Of a stretch of DNA of 64,000 bases, positions 13,921 through 27,849 are shown in pieces. The stretch covers positions 620,001 through 684,000 of the forward strand of contig JBHGNT010000009.1 in the NCBI GenBank assembly GCA_043228905.1, given 5' to 3'. The notes under the pieces are model-generated. The model was not told where the DNA came from. It searched no databases and saw nothing but the letters and a program-made list of their open reading frames with translations. The first letter of the stretch is position 1. Each line of letters starts with the position of its first letter. Source of the DNA: Azolla caroliniana (lineage: Eukaryota > Plantae > Polypodiophyta). The position numbers were made by a program, and so were the translations under genes.

Positions 13921-16900
13921 GTCAGCATTGTGAACTTTATGCCAACCAAACTAACTTAATTTGCATTAATAAGATACCAGGAGATCGAATAAAAATTAAA
14001 TTATATTTGAATGAGCCTATTACACAAGACACACTCTTAAATTTTAATGTGCAATTCATTAGACTTTTTTATACTCACTTATATGTCACAGTCTTGATAT
14101 GCTAGTTAAAAGATTAGATAAAATCAATTGTTTCGATGAAAATGATTGAGAATTGTAAGCAAAACATAGAATTCCATTACTAACTATCAACCATATGACC
14201 CGTGATTAAAACGTGACAAAAAAAGATCACATTATCCAAAAGTAAAGGTAGAGTTAAAGAAGAAATATGTAAATTTATGTGCTTCCTTAGTTTAATATCG
14301 TGCCACTCATGGATTTGTCAAGAATAATTGCCATATAACATTTCTTATTTGTGAATGATTGTCAAGAATAATTGCCACATAACATTTCTTATTTGTGATT
14401 CCTTCTAAATTAAAATATGCTTCATTATTTGTGATTATATTCTATATTAAGATGTGCATAAATATAGAATATGCATAAAAGATGTAAAAATTCATGAGTA
14501 ACATGGACATGCTTTGTTATCATGATAGATAGCATTGGATAGTTAATGTGAAGGTTCCTAAACAAAGATATTAACACATTTGTTTAGTTTTCCATCACCA
14601 GCATGGAATTGGGCAGTTGTGTGCATAGAATCCTCACTATAATAAAGCAACAAAAAGAGAACCTATAGTCACCTTAATATCCACATTTAGTGGAACATTA
14701 CTTCTCAACAACTTGAGTATTTCGAGTGAAGCACTTAAACCTGCATGGATGATATTTGGCAAACGGATTGAATGGATGACACTTGGTGGACAAGCCATTG
14801 AATTGATGCCACTTCGCATATAGTATAAATTAAGGTTTGATAAGGGAGGAAGATGCAATATTGGATCATTTGATCTCAAATAAAAATTGGGAACGTGATT
14901 AACTTTATGCTCTTCCCCTCCTCTCAACTATTGGATATGTCGCATATGAAGACACTAGATAGGAACATCTTAGAGCTAAAATGACATAGAGAGAATAAGC
15001 TACAAAATGTTAACCATAGCCTTTCTAATATTCACAAGCATGTAACCATTGAAATTTTCTAGGGACAAGGTGGGTGACGATAAATGTGCACACACCTACA
15101 ACACTCGACAATGAGTTACATCTTGGCGTTAAATAACACCATGAAAAAACTTGCAAGTTTGAGAAATATAACTCCAAATCTAACAAGCAATTAGACATTT
15201 TATGGAACAATGAGCACTATCTTCCATTTGATAGTGCAAGAGAAACAATTGCCCCTTGCCAAGATAGTTGAGGACATAGCCAAGATTGTGACTTCCAAAT
15301 CCCATTGACAAATACCCATCCTATATTCCACCATTTGCACCATTGCTTCAATATGACTTAGCCTAGGTTCTCTCTAATGTGAGAGGTGTTGGGACACAAG
15401 TGAAAATTCTCATTGACCACACATTTTGCCTTGAACAAGCGTGTGAGTCAAGGTGATGCCTTCAACCACATTCAAGTTTGCTCTTGCACTACTACATCCG
15501 AGTTTGATTTCCACACATTGTTAATCCAACTCACTCTCAACACACCATCCTCTCACCATCACAATACAAACCCTTAAATTCCTCCACAATATTCTTCACC
15601 AATGAGAGTGACTACCCAATTCCACACCTACGTAACAATATTTTAGTTCTCATCTCATTGTTCACATTTGACCTCCAAGGACAATAATAAAATCCATGTC
15701 TCTCTCTCATGACATATAATGAAATTAATTCTCTTTAAGTCATCTTCCTTTAATCCAATTGAGAGCCGATATAATATGGATACTTTTAACACATACTCAA
15801 TTAATATCCTATCACCAGACAAAATTGCTTCATAATTTCCCATTTACCTTGTTAAAAATAAGCTACATACACCAACCAAATAAGTTGTTAGGAATATTCG
15901 ATGGAATCATTTTGAGGATTTATTGCACAAACAAGCTTGTTTTAAAATAATTTACATATATGACCAAATATACGGAGACATAAAAACAAGGGGGCCCATT
16001 CTAGCTATTTCATTTACAGCTCGGCATGGCCACCTACATCTCTCCATTTCCAACAGTTTGTTGATTTCTGTTTTGAAGCATAATGTTAAAAAAAGAAATC
16101 CTGCAATACAATATTAAGAACAGAGGTTACTCTAGTACCATCAACCGATTATTCATTATAATCATATTACTTGCAAGGAAATCAAATCGGAAGAAAACGG
16201 GCTATTTTCTGAGGGTTTTGGACACTTTTGGGTATCTTTTAAGATCAACAAATTCTACAGACTCTCATGAACAAGTAATCAATCATACAGAGATTGCCCT
16301 ATTTGATCTCAAACCAAAACAAACGAACGAAAATTGATATTTTGCAAAGGCATAAGCAACTTCCGATAAGAAGTGGAGTGTCAATTTTATCACAAGTATT
16401 CTGGAAATCTTTAGGTGCTTTATGAATTGCACAATTTTACATTATATTAGCCAAACACCAAGATACTGTGAGTTTCTCGAAGATTGCCTGATTTTTCTAT
16501 ATTTATGGGGCTTCATAAACCTATAAATTCACTCAACCATCTAGCTTTAGTAAGTTCACGAGGTTCCTCCCCTTTTACCATGCCTATAAAGTCCATTTAA
16601 ATCCAAGATTCTCTTTTAAGTTTGATGAGCTGAGAAGTATTCTGAACACCTAATTACCTTATGACACATAACTCTGAAAACCATTGTTCATCCAATAATC
16701 TATAAGCTATTTCTGTTCTCCACAATCAACATTTTGTCACAGTACATGTGCTTAACAACTAAGAAAATGCATGCATACTATGCCAATGTGGATTGACAGC
16801 AACATTGCACAATCAGAGAATGGAAAAGCATTATTTACAGGCTATATAGGTGCCCTGAACTAATAGCATTAAGCTATATAGGTGTCTTATGTTGATAACA

Positions 16901-16961
16901 TCAAAGGTACATAGGGCCTTGTATTTATAAAATGTCATATAAGACAAGTAAATGCACCTTT

Positions 16962-17627
16962 TTAACCAGATCTATGATCAGCATCAGAGAGCTCGATCTG
17001 AATTCTCCTTTCAGAAACCCATATCTCTTTTTGCTGAGCTGGTTCTCTTGTCATTGGGATCAAAGGTTTAATGTCAGCCTCTTCATCCTCTTCCACATCC
17101 ATGGTCTCAAGATTAATGCATGAGCAGCGGTCCAATGATGCAAAAAACGCAGAGGCTACACTTGTTCCCACCCAAGCTACAAGGCGATCCAGTTTGCCTG
17201 GAGAAGAGACGGTACCAGTTTATGGTTATTCACAAGAACACAGTACGATAACATTTTCTTGACTCTTTATACATCTAGAAGAGACGTATTGACTCTTTAT
17301 ACAAATTTCTGCGACAAAATGATCAGGGATCAAACTAGTGATGCATAATGATTCACTATTGGAAAGACATAAATACGTGTGCAATGCTTGATATACCTTT
17401 TGCATATATTTATATTTATATAGACACATAAACATTGTAAATGAATACAAATGGTGTTCTCCACAATGGCGGGGTTATCACTAGGTATTGATTGTTGGGT
17501 ATCTAATAAGATTGTTATGGAAAATCACAAATTCCATCCATTAAATCTTTGCTCCCTCAAAATAGTACGAAATCCATTCATGGTTTATCCACAAACAATG
17601 TGCTTTACATACCTTGTAGGTAGACAT
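16962..17627 (-). CDS. Small conserved land-plant protein of unknown function (KLDRLVAWVGTSVASAFFASLDRCSCINL family); start exon unresolved
   Basis: The last coding exon 16962-17197, after a CTCCAG acceptor, encodes KLDRLVAWVGTSVASAFFASLDRCSCINLETMDVEEDEEADIKPLIPM, a motif I recall from uncharacterised plant proteins. Candidate ATG at 17625-17627; probable 5' UTR exon with its donor at 17882. Confidence 0.7.
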
Positions 17628-17974
17628 CAATGGATTGTAGAATCTGTTTAGGGATTGATAAATAATAGATAGAAGTAAGGAAAACTAAAGAATTTCCTCT
17701 TTATCAGATATCAAAGAAGATTGATGCACAGAAACCTGCTTGTAATAACTTTCTGTTAACATTAATGACCATCACAAGTTTCAGAAAGAAGGGTGCATAG
17801 AAACCCAGCCCGTGAAACAAAACCGATAATAAACAAAAAGCAAATAAATGAAAAATGATAGAAGACATTAGAGATCCGCACCTGAATTTTATGAAGCGAG
17901 CGCTATATCTTCAGGGATTAGGAAGGATTAGGGACAGACAGAGCGAGACAGAGAAGGCGAGAAGCGAGACACAC

Positions 17975-17979
<5 letters not shown>

Positions 17980-18030
<51 letters not shown>
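17980..18030. repeat. (GA)n microsatellite in the 5' region of the small gene
   Basis: About 24 GA units. Confidence 0.95.
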
Positions 18031-18037
<7 letters not shown>

Positions 18038-20439
18038 TGGCCTTTTCACACTCGTCCGGACATAAATCTCCCTTCAAGATCAAACCCAATCCAATCTCCA
18101 AGAGAGAGAAAGAAAGAAATATATATTAACGTCTTCTAAGGCAACAATTGGCCCATGAGACAATTGGTGTACAACAAAATAGGGTATTTACCCAATCATC
18201 AAAAAAAAAAAAAAAAAAAAAAAAATAGAACTTAAGCTAAAAGAGTTCTAGTATCGTACAAAACGTGTTATGATGTAACATATTCGATAGAGGAAATGAC
18301 TTTGTGAGAGAGAGATGACCTTTCCACACTCGTCCGGACACAAATCTCCCTTCTAGATCAAACCCAATCTCCAAGTTACCTCCACCCACATCCCCTCCCT
18401 TTATATACATACATATCATACTATGTACATGTATAGATTTCCCGAAACGTAGATCTTGATTCACGAGAACACTGTTATTAACTCAATATCCTACAACCAA
18501 AGACCTTTTGGTGTGTCATGTCCATGTGTGGTTGACTTAAAGGGGAACAATGAGACACTGTAGAGGTTGAAGATGGTGACCATTATGAATTTCTACTAGT
18601 TCCACATCATTAGGCACTTGTTATTCAATAAGTGTTTTGGGAAGTAGAGATTGGAGAAAGATACCAATGATTAGACATCGTTTGGAAATGTTTAGTGAAG
18701 AGCCACATAGGCCTTGATGTTAAGCTATGTAGTTATTGGTGAGAACCATGGATTCAGAAAACCCATGGGCATCGTGTCCTCAATCACATTGGATATGAAA
18801 GCATGTAGAAGATGGTTTGTGAGTACTATGTATGTACAATTTATTCGGTGCTAATGATGATTCAAATGCATAGAGAGTAGGTGCAAAGATGTATTCTCAC
18901 TACCTCTAAAGTTGGACCCTCAAAATAAGAATTTGCCCCTTTCCCATTGAAGCATTTTCACACTTCAATAGAAAAATATATGGACGGGAATTTTTCAACT
19001 ATCAAATGTAGGTTCCATGTTCTATTGTAGATGTAGCATAAGCGGACCAATTAAGCACGACTAGTGTTGAATCTAACTTTGGATCAGGTGCAACACCCCT
19101 TCTCTCATGTTTTAGTCTCCCTCTTGTCTTTAAGAGACTGGAATCCATATCTAAGCTTGGACTTCACGTAAAAATTATCCATAAAACCCACTAAAATTAC
19201 CTTTCGTACTCATGAAGGTCTAGATGGACCAAAGATAAAATATACTAGTTAAGTCAATTCATGCATAACATTAATCTTGTTACACAATAGTGGCTTTGGT
19301 TATTTTATGACGCTACAACACCATATAGGAAGGGGTTACATATTATCACAAAAATGATCCACTAGATCTACCAACTGATCCTCCATTGTAATCATATGTA
19401 ATAGAATGTAGATAACTTAATGTCCATTCCACGTTGTCTTACAAAAAACTAATGGGAAGTCATCGTGAGCTTTTGTAAAAGTGAACTTTAAACAACTACA
19501 AGACAACAATTAAAGCAACAATAAAAGAGCTATAGTATGTAAATGGACATAACATCAATTGAATGGAGTAAATATTCAAATATAACACTAGAAGAGATGT
19601 TGATTCTTAATATGTGAAAGCAATGTTGATATTTAGGTTGCCTTCTAGAAAGAGATGTGTTGGTCAGATTTTCGAGCAAGTTATTGAACAATAATAAGAC
19701 ATGGAATATGAAAACATACTTAAAATTCAGAGGAAAATAAAAACATACTACGAAATAAGAGGAAGACCAATTTACACGTTTTCATATGCACATTCAATGC
19801 ACTTGCCTAAGAAGAATTAGCTCACAAGGATTTTATAATTTATTGGTCATTATGCATTCTATCAATTTTGGGAGAATAAGGAATATTTAAGAAACTGATT
19901 TGTTTATTGTCTGAATATAGGGGGTGGTTTCTCAGAAATACAAAAAACAAGATCTGTTTGTGATGTAGCCATTAGCAAATTAGATGCAACCACTTCTATG
20001 ACGCAAAAAACTTCCTTATAGAAAGCATGTCTATCACTTAGGGTGTTCTTGTAGAGATGGTTGTAACTTGTAAGGTATACTTCTGCTAGGAACTAACCTA
20101 GAGGAAAGGGGAATGATTAGTGTTCTTTGTGTGAGATGTTGTAGAGGATCGGAAACAATGATTCATTTGATATGGACGTGTCGATCAACAAGAACTTGTA
20201 TCAATAAACTCAAGAGCAATCTCCGACTCAAGTTTCCAAGCATACAATTGGAAAATCTTTTTGGTTGTTTGGACTCTTTCCCAATCATTTATGAGACAAG
20301 GGGATTCCACTTTTTTCCTTTGAATCCAATTTTGGTCATTTCTCATATTCTAGAGGATATACTTTTTGATGTCTTACAAAAATTGCATCCTCAATATACT
20401 AATGCTATTTACAAATGCAAAACTATATGACGTTTTTTT

Positions 20440-21100
20440 CCTAAGAAAAGATACCACATTAGTATTAAGAAACACCCTAAGGGTGTACATGATGCATATT
20501 TAAGTTCTAACTATCGACTTAAATAAAGAATTCGATGTAGAATAAAACCACTCCTCCTTGTAAAAATCCACCTATATATGTTTTGTTATTCCATATGGCA
20601 TGAAGCTACAATCGTTGTAACTCTGCTTGCGGATTACCGGTAATTATCTAGAGAACCTATGAGATTATGCACAATCTTTGTCCAAATCCCAATAATGATC
20701 TAAGCAGGTATTTCTGTTACATTTTGGAATACCTTCAAACACATGGCCTCCCAAATATACCAAATCGTGATACTAGTTACCAATTGCCATGTTTCATGTT
20801 TATGAATATCTATTTGTGGCTTCATAAGTATACTTGTTTTTTGCATTAGACCGCGTCGTATAGAAAGAGTATATGCAACATCCTCCTATTCATATAATAC
20901 TAGTTGACCTTGTACAACCATATATAATACCGCCCCCATGTATACGCTCCTTGAGGATCTATTGGTATTACGTGTCAAGATTCTTTTCCATACTTCTATC
21001 ACAAAATCACTACTCCACAAACAATGTTTAGCAATCTCCACTAGATACATGTGTTGTTTGCATTCACCTCTGTTCTCCACCTATTAATTGGTATAACATG
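20440..21100 (-). mobile_element. Decayed LINE 3' fragment (zf-RVT-like)
   Basis: Degenerate CK...E...KHCLWS...VWKRI motif on minus with stops; A-rich end. Confidence 0.45.
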
Positions 21101-22263
21101 AATCAACAACAATCTAAAATAGACTATTTTCCTACTCATTTTTATCTCCCACGAGATGAAGTTTTGATTTACATTACCAATACATTTAAGCAAGAACCTC
21201 AAAGTGGCCAACCTTTGATTGAAAAATTAAAGGGCATGAAGATCGTGTCAACATGGAAATGTAAAGGAACATTGTCAACGATTATGGGACACTAGTTTAA
21301 AACATAACATTGTGTGAAGCACCTAGAGTATAAACCTTGTGAAAAAAACTGAAAACTAGATTCTCCTTAGGCCACCAATAACATGAGATTAACTGAAGAC
21401 GCATGACAAAAAGAGAGATGCAAACTGTAGAAAACAAACTCCCTTCATTAATTTTAATCTACCAATCTTGAACTAACTTGATTCATGTGATAATCAAGTG
21501 GATCCAAGGAGGGTAAGCCCATCTGATTCATAGATCACACACATGTTGACTTATGGAAACAAGGTCTTGGAAGGGAACATTTTGCAACTAGCATGACAAC
21601 GCTACAGAAGTACCACAACATTTGATTTTTTAAAATCTACAATGGCAAAGAGAAAAGACACCTAGAAAGATTTTTATATACCAACAATTATGCAAGGAAA
21701 GAAACAAAAGAGAAGGAATTTTGTTGTGAAGTGTGTATAACATTTGTACATATATGTGGCAAGAAAAGTATATTCATTCAGCTTTATGTCCCCATGGATA
21801 TCTAATATCAATCACATTTGAAGATATGAACTCCTAAGAAATCATGGAAACAAACCAAACATTGGATATGGACCCAGCAAGCAGTTACACAAAATCTATA
21901 TATATCAAAGTGGCTAAGTTATAACTTGATTTGTTCCATTATTTCCTTTTGCTTAGTGAACACTGTTACTACATCCGTGTTCAAGAAATCTAAAGTAGCC
22001 GATCAAAATTGTACTAAAACGCGAACAAAATCCTATTGCAATATCCACATTCTAATATGATTCCCTTGTAATTCATCGCATTGCCGCTGAAGATAGATGG
22101 ATGATGGAAGGCAGAACCATATCTCCCCACCCTGCTTGTGAGTGATGAGTGTATACAAAAAATCATTATAAGAATCTTATGCTTTGTTGACACATCACTT
22201 TACTTAGTTCGATGTAGTGGAAGTGTTCAACCAAGGCAAGGGAACAATTATTGAGTTGTCTTG

Positions 22264-25200
22264 TCAAGCGGGAACAAGTCGACTCAGCTTGCTTCCTTGA
22301 GCCACCTCTTCTCGGCTCAAAATGTGAATCTTCTTCACCATGTTGCAGAACTCCCTACATCAAATGTTATATGCAGCATATATACCGAGGAAAATTGTGA
22401 ATAAAAATGGCACCAAATACACACATACACACATACACACATACACACATAGCGCATATGCATATACGTATCGACAGAAACATACGTTGAAGCAAAGAAA
22501 AACTTCGAGCATTTGTTACTCACATCCAAGGGTCATCCCCCACTTCGAGCATGTCATCCTCATTGTCGGAGTAAGCTACTTGCCAACCTTTTTCCTTGTC
22601 TCGGAGCTGGCCTTCCAAATGGAACATCCTCTCCAGCTCCTCAAACAGCTGCTCATAGTTCTCCAGCTTCGACAGATCTACTCCCCTACCAACAATGCTT
22701 CCCTTCTTTACGACCTGCATTTCATCATATAGGATATATTGAGTATCTCATCTAGTGTAATGGCATTTATCTATATATAGGCATAAACCCAGACAGATGT
22801 GCATCGATACATACATACATACATACATACACCTACATCATACATGCATACATGCATACATACATACACCTACATCATACATGTTGGTTCATCTTGTTAA
22901 TGAAATAGGCACAAGTTCACTTATCCTTGTGACATACACATATGCAGTCTCAGCCGTTTGCACCTTCTCACATACACAATGTACATGCATACATTTTACA
23001 TGTTTGTTCAGAGTAATATTATGCAGCAAAACCTCCTCTTATACAGGTTTTGCTTTGCCTTCAACAAAAGGGTAGAATAGATTAGGTTAGGTACCTTTGT
23101 GCAGCTCCTCCCTCCAAAGTGAGGCCTTGCAGGTTTATCTGCTTCCGAGCCACTGGTTGTTGTGGAGATGATGTCTTGCATCGCCATCGCTGGCTTCGTC
23201 GAGGAGGGGGTTTGCTGATCAACCTCATTCTCGATGCTGTAATTGTTGCTCATGCAAAGATGATTCACAGCACCATGCACATTCCCTTCAACATGGGTCT
23301 TTGCAAGTATTTTCCTCATAGGTGGCGGATCCGTCAACGAGAATCCGAACAATTTGCATTCGCTGGGTCTCGTTGCTTCGATCGAACCTTGTGGTAATGA
23401 CTGAGTTTCCATCTGTTGAACTACATTTGATTTCCATGATGAGGAACATGTACTACCATTATAAGCCAGTTGAGACTGATGCTTCATGATGGATTGAGAA
23501 ATTATCTTGTTGATTTCCTGGTCTAATAATAGGCCACCATTCGCTGATGACGATGATGAAGATCTATTATTGCAATGTGGTGTAGGAGGACTCTGGGCTA
23601 CCATGGTTGGGCTAAGGAACCAATTGTTAGCTGGGATGTCATTTACTCTAGGCACCTGGAAATTAAAATTGGATGTAGCATCAAAGTAAGGAGGAAAACC
23701 TCCCCACAATCGATCTGCAGGCTTGCCGAATCTATGCATATGCAGATGATGAGGAGGACGGGGGTACATTCCATCCTCGCTCGGGCATAAGTTAGCCCGA
23801 GATTCTTGACCTTGCAAGACCAGTCCGCACTTGCCCGACATCACAGATTCTAAACATGAAATGCATCAGTGTGTACCAAGTTTAGATCACATGTTAGCTA
23901 GCAATACACAGACCTACAAATTGTTCATACTCTTATGTATGTAATGTGCATACATTCTTAATACATACAGATAACAGAAAAAGGATGTTACCGCCAGTAA
24001 GAGGTGAGTGTTCTGTTGTGCTCGGAATGGTGCTTGGCCGCAACCTCTTGCATCGAGGTAATGTTACAGCGGGTCCCGGTGAAGGGATTTGCGGGGAGCA
24101 GAGCTGATCTATCTCCCATGGAGAGACCCTGTCCTTCATGTTGTTAAGGCTTGGCTCATCCCAACCAACCTATGCTCAGTTCAAACACCATACAATACAC
24201 CTTCCATCATTATAATTCCAAGCTTCCCATTTCTGTATACAACTTAATGTCACTGTGTAACGACATCGCTTTCTTTCTTTCTTTCTTTCGTGTAGTTTAT
24301 TTTATATTCGATGATAAGTACCTTCAAAGATTTCCATTTGGATGAGGGCCACCTAGCTGGATCTAGATCCTCTATTCCGGTGATTGTACCAACATACCTG
24401 TTACAACATCAAACAAAGGCATATTCCATCAATCAAAGAGTAAGTTAACTGTTTGGCATTATGTATTGTATTATTTATTATGGGACCTGGAGAATGAGAA
24501 TAGTTAGTTACCTTCTTTCTGTAGAATCCTCTGCCTCAAACTTCATTTTAAACCTCATCCCTACTGCCAAGTGTAGATGGAGACTATTCTTAAACCTATC
24601 CAATGCTACAATGAACTCTCCTGGGCTAACTCTACAACAATAATGAAAGACTTTCTCCATAAAATCACTGATTTCACATGGGATCTCACATCAATATAGA
24701 TAGAATAAAAGATATATAGCCACCCATCCACCCACCTTGGCTTGAAGTAAACAGTAAACATGGTCCTGGTGAGCATGGCATGAGTAGCTGTAGCAATCAC
24801 GCCCATATGCATGCTCTCACTAGGCAATACAGATGATGGTGAGGTACCTGAGAGTCGCATTGCGCGCCTTATGCCCACTCTAAGCTCACCGCCTTCACCC
24901 CTGTACCAAATAGCATGATACATTAATCAATCAAATCTAGCTCCTCACCTCTGCCTTGGGAAAGAGATTATATTGTGACAGTAAAAACCAGATTGGAAAT
25001 CTTATTAAAGCTCAACGATCACGGGTTCCCACCTCAGGAAAATGACTGAATCCCCTGCCACCAATCTCTTTTGAGAGACAAAAACACTCCATCCAGTGGT
25101 AAGCAGGTGTCTCTTAGGTTGGCCTGACACAGAGAGAATGTGGATGTGGATTTGGATGTGAATGTGAATGTGAATGCATTGAGTCTAATTCCAACATAAA

Positions 25201-26498
25201 AAAGAAAGAAAGCAATTGAAGTATATATATTCTTCTGACTGGTCAATCTCACCTCTATAGATATGCCGGAAATGCCATTTCAGACCATGTAGATCCATGG
25301 CAACAAGGTCTTGAGTGGGAGGATTTTGTGTCATGTCCTGGTAATCATGAATTTATGCATGCTGTGAGAAGCATGAAAATGGTATACTGTATTGTCTGTT
25401 ATGTACATCCATGCATCCATTTGTGTACATATATTTCATATACATACGTAGATAACATGAGTATATAGGCATCATACACATACGTATATATATATATATA
25501 TATATATATACGTATACTGAATATGGTGATAGCAGAAGCGGAAGAAAAAAATAGGAATAGACAAAAGTTATGGGCAGGTTACCAGTGGTGGGAGACATGT
25601 GGCATGTCTCCTGGGAACAGAGAAGCCCCCATGGGTGCTAGTATCTGAAGCCGTGAGAGTTTTGCAGAAGATGTGAATACCAGAAGAAGATGAAGATGAA
25701 GACGAAGAAGAAGAAGAAGAAGATGGAGAACTGCTGGCATGCAGCTTCCCACCGATCTCTCCCTCGTCATGGCTGACCTGCAACAATTGTTGTCACCATG
25801 GAATTCCTTATGTTAGATACCCCATTACTTGCTATAGTTTCTTCAGGTCCCATCAATCAAATTAGTTCAGCTTCTGAACTTATGTAGATTACGTGATTAT
25901 GTGCATAATAATAATACGGAAATGATTGCCTCAGCCTTACACTTTTACATAATGCATCATGATCATGGTTGCTATTCATAATGTGATCCATGTCTGGTTC
26001 TGGAAGGAGAGAAATTTGTGCCTTCACTTCATCTGTGTCAGGCTCAGCCTGTTGCATTAAGAAAGGAGAGCACATTAGAGGGGTAATTAAGGTACCATGG
26101 AAAAACAAGGTAGGCTCAATTAACAACCATTCGCAACAATTACTTACACTGAGCTGAACATCCATAACTCTGCAGAGGATGTGAGGTCGAAGATCATGCT
26201 TAGGAATTAGATTGGAATCTGCCCTAACCTGGTTAGTCGAGGCAGCAATCTACATGACCACAACATCTCAGAGCTCAAACTCAATTCATCGAATTACATA
26301 TGAGCTAATCTATATATCGTACATAATGTGGAAACAATGAATTATAAATAAATAAATATATATATATATATATATGAATGTGCATTGAACCTGTTCAATG
26401 TGGCCTTGAGGTAAATACATAACAAGTTGTTTGAGCTTAGGAAGGGAGACCAAAGGTCCAGCACAAGCTCGCCATAGCTCTTCATAATGAAGACCTGA

Positions 26499-26530
<32 letters not shown>

Positions 26531-26732
26531 GGTTATTAGCCGTAGCAGTAGTATTAACAAGATGTTGGTATTCCTCTGTGTCTGTATAGGTGAATGAAGT
26601 GGTAGAGTATGAATGATGGTGACGATGATAAACGTTATTGTTATGAAGCTTTTCCATGGAAGCTGAGAAGGGAGGAGGAACAGGGGAGGAACAGAGCATG
26701 GGGGAAGAAGAATTACAGGTAAAAGAGGCCAT
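22264..26732 (-). CDS. ARF: Auxin response factor, class B (ARF2/3/4-like repressor) with B3 DBD, ARF/dimerisation domain and PB1; about 832 aa, 13 exons
   Basis: Exons 26391-26732, 26148-26249, 25941-26048, 25583-25777, 25253-25337, 25033-25123, 24736-24900, 24512-24631, 24322-24397, 23992-24169, 23095-23849, 22524-22714, 22264-22354, in frame and GT-AG. Motifs [73 protein letters not shown] repression motif, RSCTKV, VGDDPW. Confidence 0.96.
23803..23823 (-). promoter_or_regulatory. tasiR-ARF (miR390/TAS3) target site
   Basis: Plus strand reads TTCTTGACCTTGCAAGACCAG, essentially the tasiR-ARF sequence UUCUUGACCUUGUAAGACC. On the mRNA it encodes the diagnostic VLQGQE. Confidence 0.92.
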
Positions 26733-26763
26733 GAGGGAGAGTCAATTGGGCTTGCATATTATA

Positions 26764-26847
26764 TTAGAGAGACAGAGAGAGAGAGTATATACGAAGGAAT
26801 GAGAAGAACAGAGGAGAGGAACAGAGCCAGTGTGGAATAGATGCCAT
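26764..26847 (-). promoter_or_regulatory. Candidate uORF (27 aa) in the ARF leader; a second uORF (ATG 26757) overlaps the main start
   Basis: ATG 26847 to TAA 26764 gives MASIPHWLCSSPLFFSFLRIYSLSLSL. The out-of-frame ATG at 26757 gives [14 protein letters not shown], crossing the main ATG. TSS unknown. Confidence 0.45.
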
Positions 26848-27849
26848 TTAGGGAGGAATTCATTTTTACTTGCACATTAGAGAGAGAGAGAGAAAGAATT
26901 AATGCATTGGAGATATGTTAGCAATTCAAGCAGAACTAGCCATTTTGCCCATCAGAGAGGCTAGAGAGAATTAATGAATGAATGAATTCTAGTAGAAGAA
27001 GCATGCAGGCATATTGCACAGAGAGAGAGAGGGTAGTATGAGTGAGTATGTATGTAGTAATAGTCATAGTACTACTACTGTGTAATTGCGTGTTAACACA
27101 TGTAGATATGTAGCTTGATTGTTTTTTTTTCTTTTTAAGAGTAGAGATCCGAGGCGAGAAAGAGACAGAGACAGAGAGAGATTAATAATAAGTAATGTAG
27201 TACCTAATATGTGTGAGAATGTGTAGGATTATGATGGGTTTCTCTCTCTCTATCTCTCACACTCATACACATACACACATCTCTCTCTCTCTCTCTCTCT
27301 CTGTCTGTTTTTTTCTTGGTTAAGAGTGAGGAGAGGTAATTAATTGCTTAACTTTATGGAATTGCTTTAATTCCGGGGTTAATTAAAGGGAAAATTTGTC
27401 ATTATAGCTGTCTCTGTGCACACACACGCAGAGACCAGCGACGACAGAGAAGACAGAGAGAGACAGGGGAGGAGAGATCATTAAGATTAACGTCTGGGAT
27501 CGTCGTAACACACACACACACAGAGAAACTGCGTGTCATTAATGGGAAACTTTGTAGCCAAGAAAACAGAAACACAGAGAGAGACAGAGAGACAGAGACC
27601 AAAATTTCCTAATTTCCTTCCCTGTTTTTTTTTTCTTTTTCTTTTTTAAATATTTTTTTTATTACAAAAATAAATAAATATTGTATCGTTTTTCATTCCA
27701 ATCCAAAATAGTACGCCGAGAAAACTTAAAAAAACCCAAAACAAACAACCAAAAAAAACAGACACAAGAAAATGCGTCCGAAAAGCAAAAAAGCAAAAAA
27801 GAAGGAAAAAAAAAAAAGTGGCGCAAAAAAGAACAGAGCGCCCCAAAAA

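Noticed and set aside
27100-27600. TGTCTC AuxRE cluster implying ARF autoregulation
   Set aside because: The motifs arise trivially within GA/GACA microsatellite sequence.
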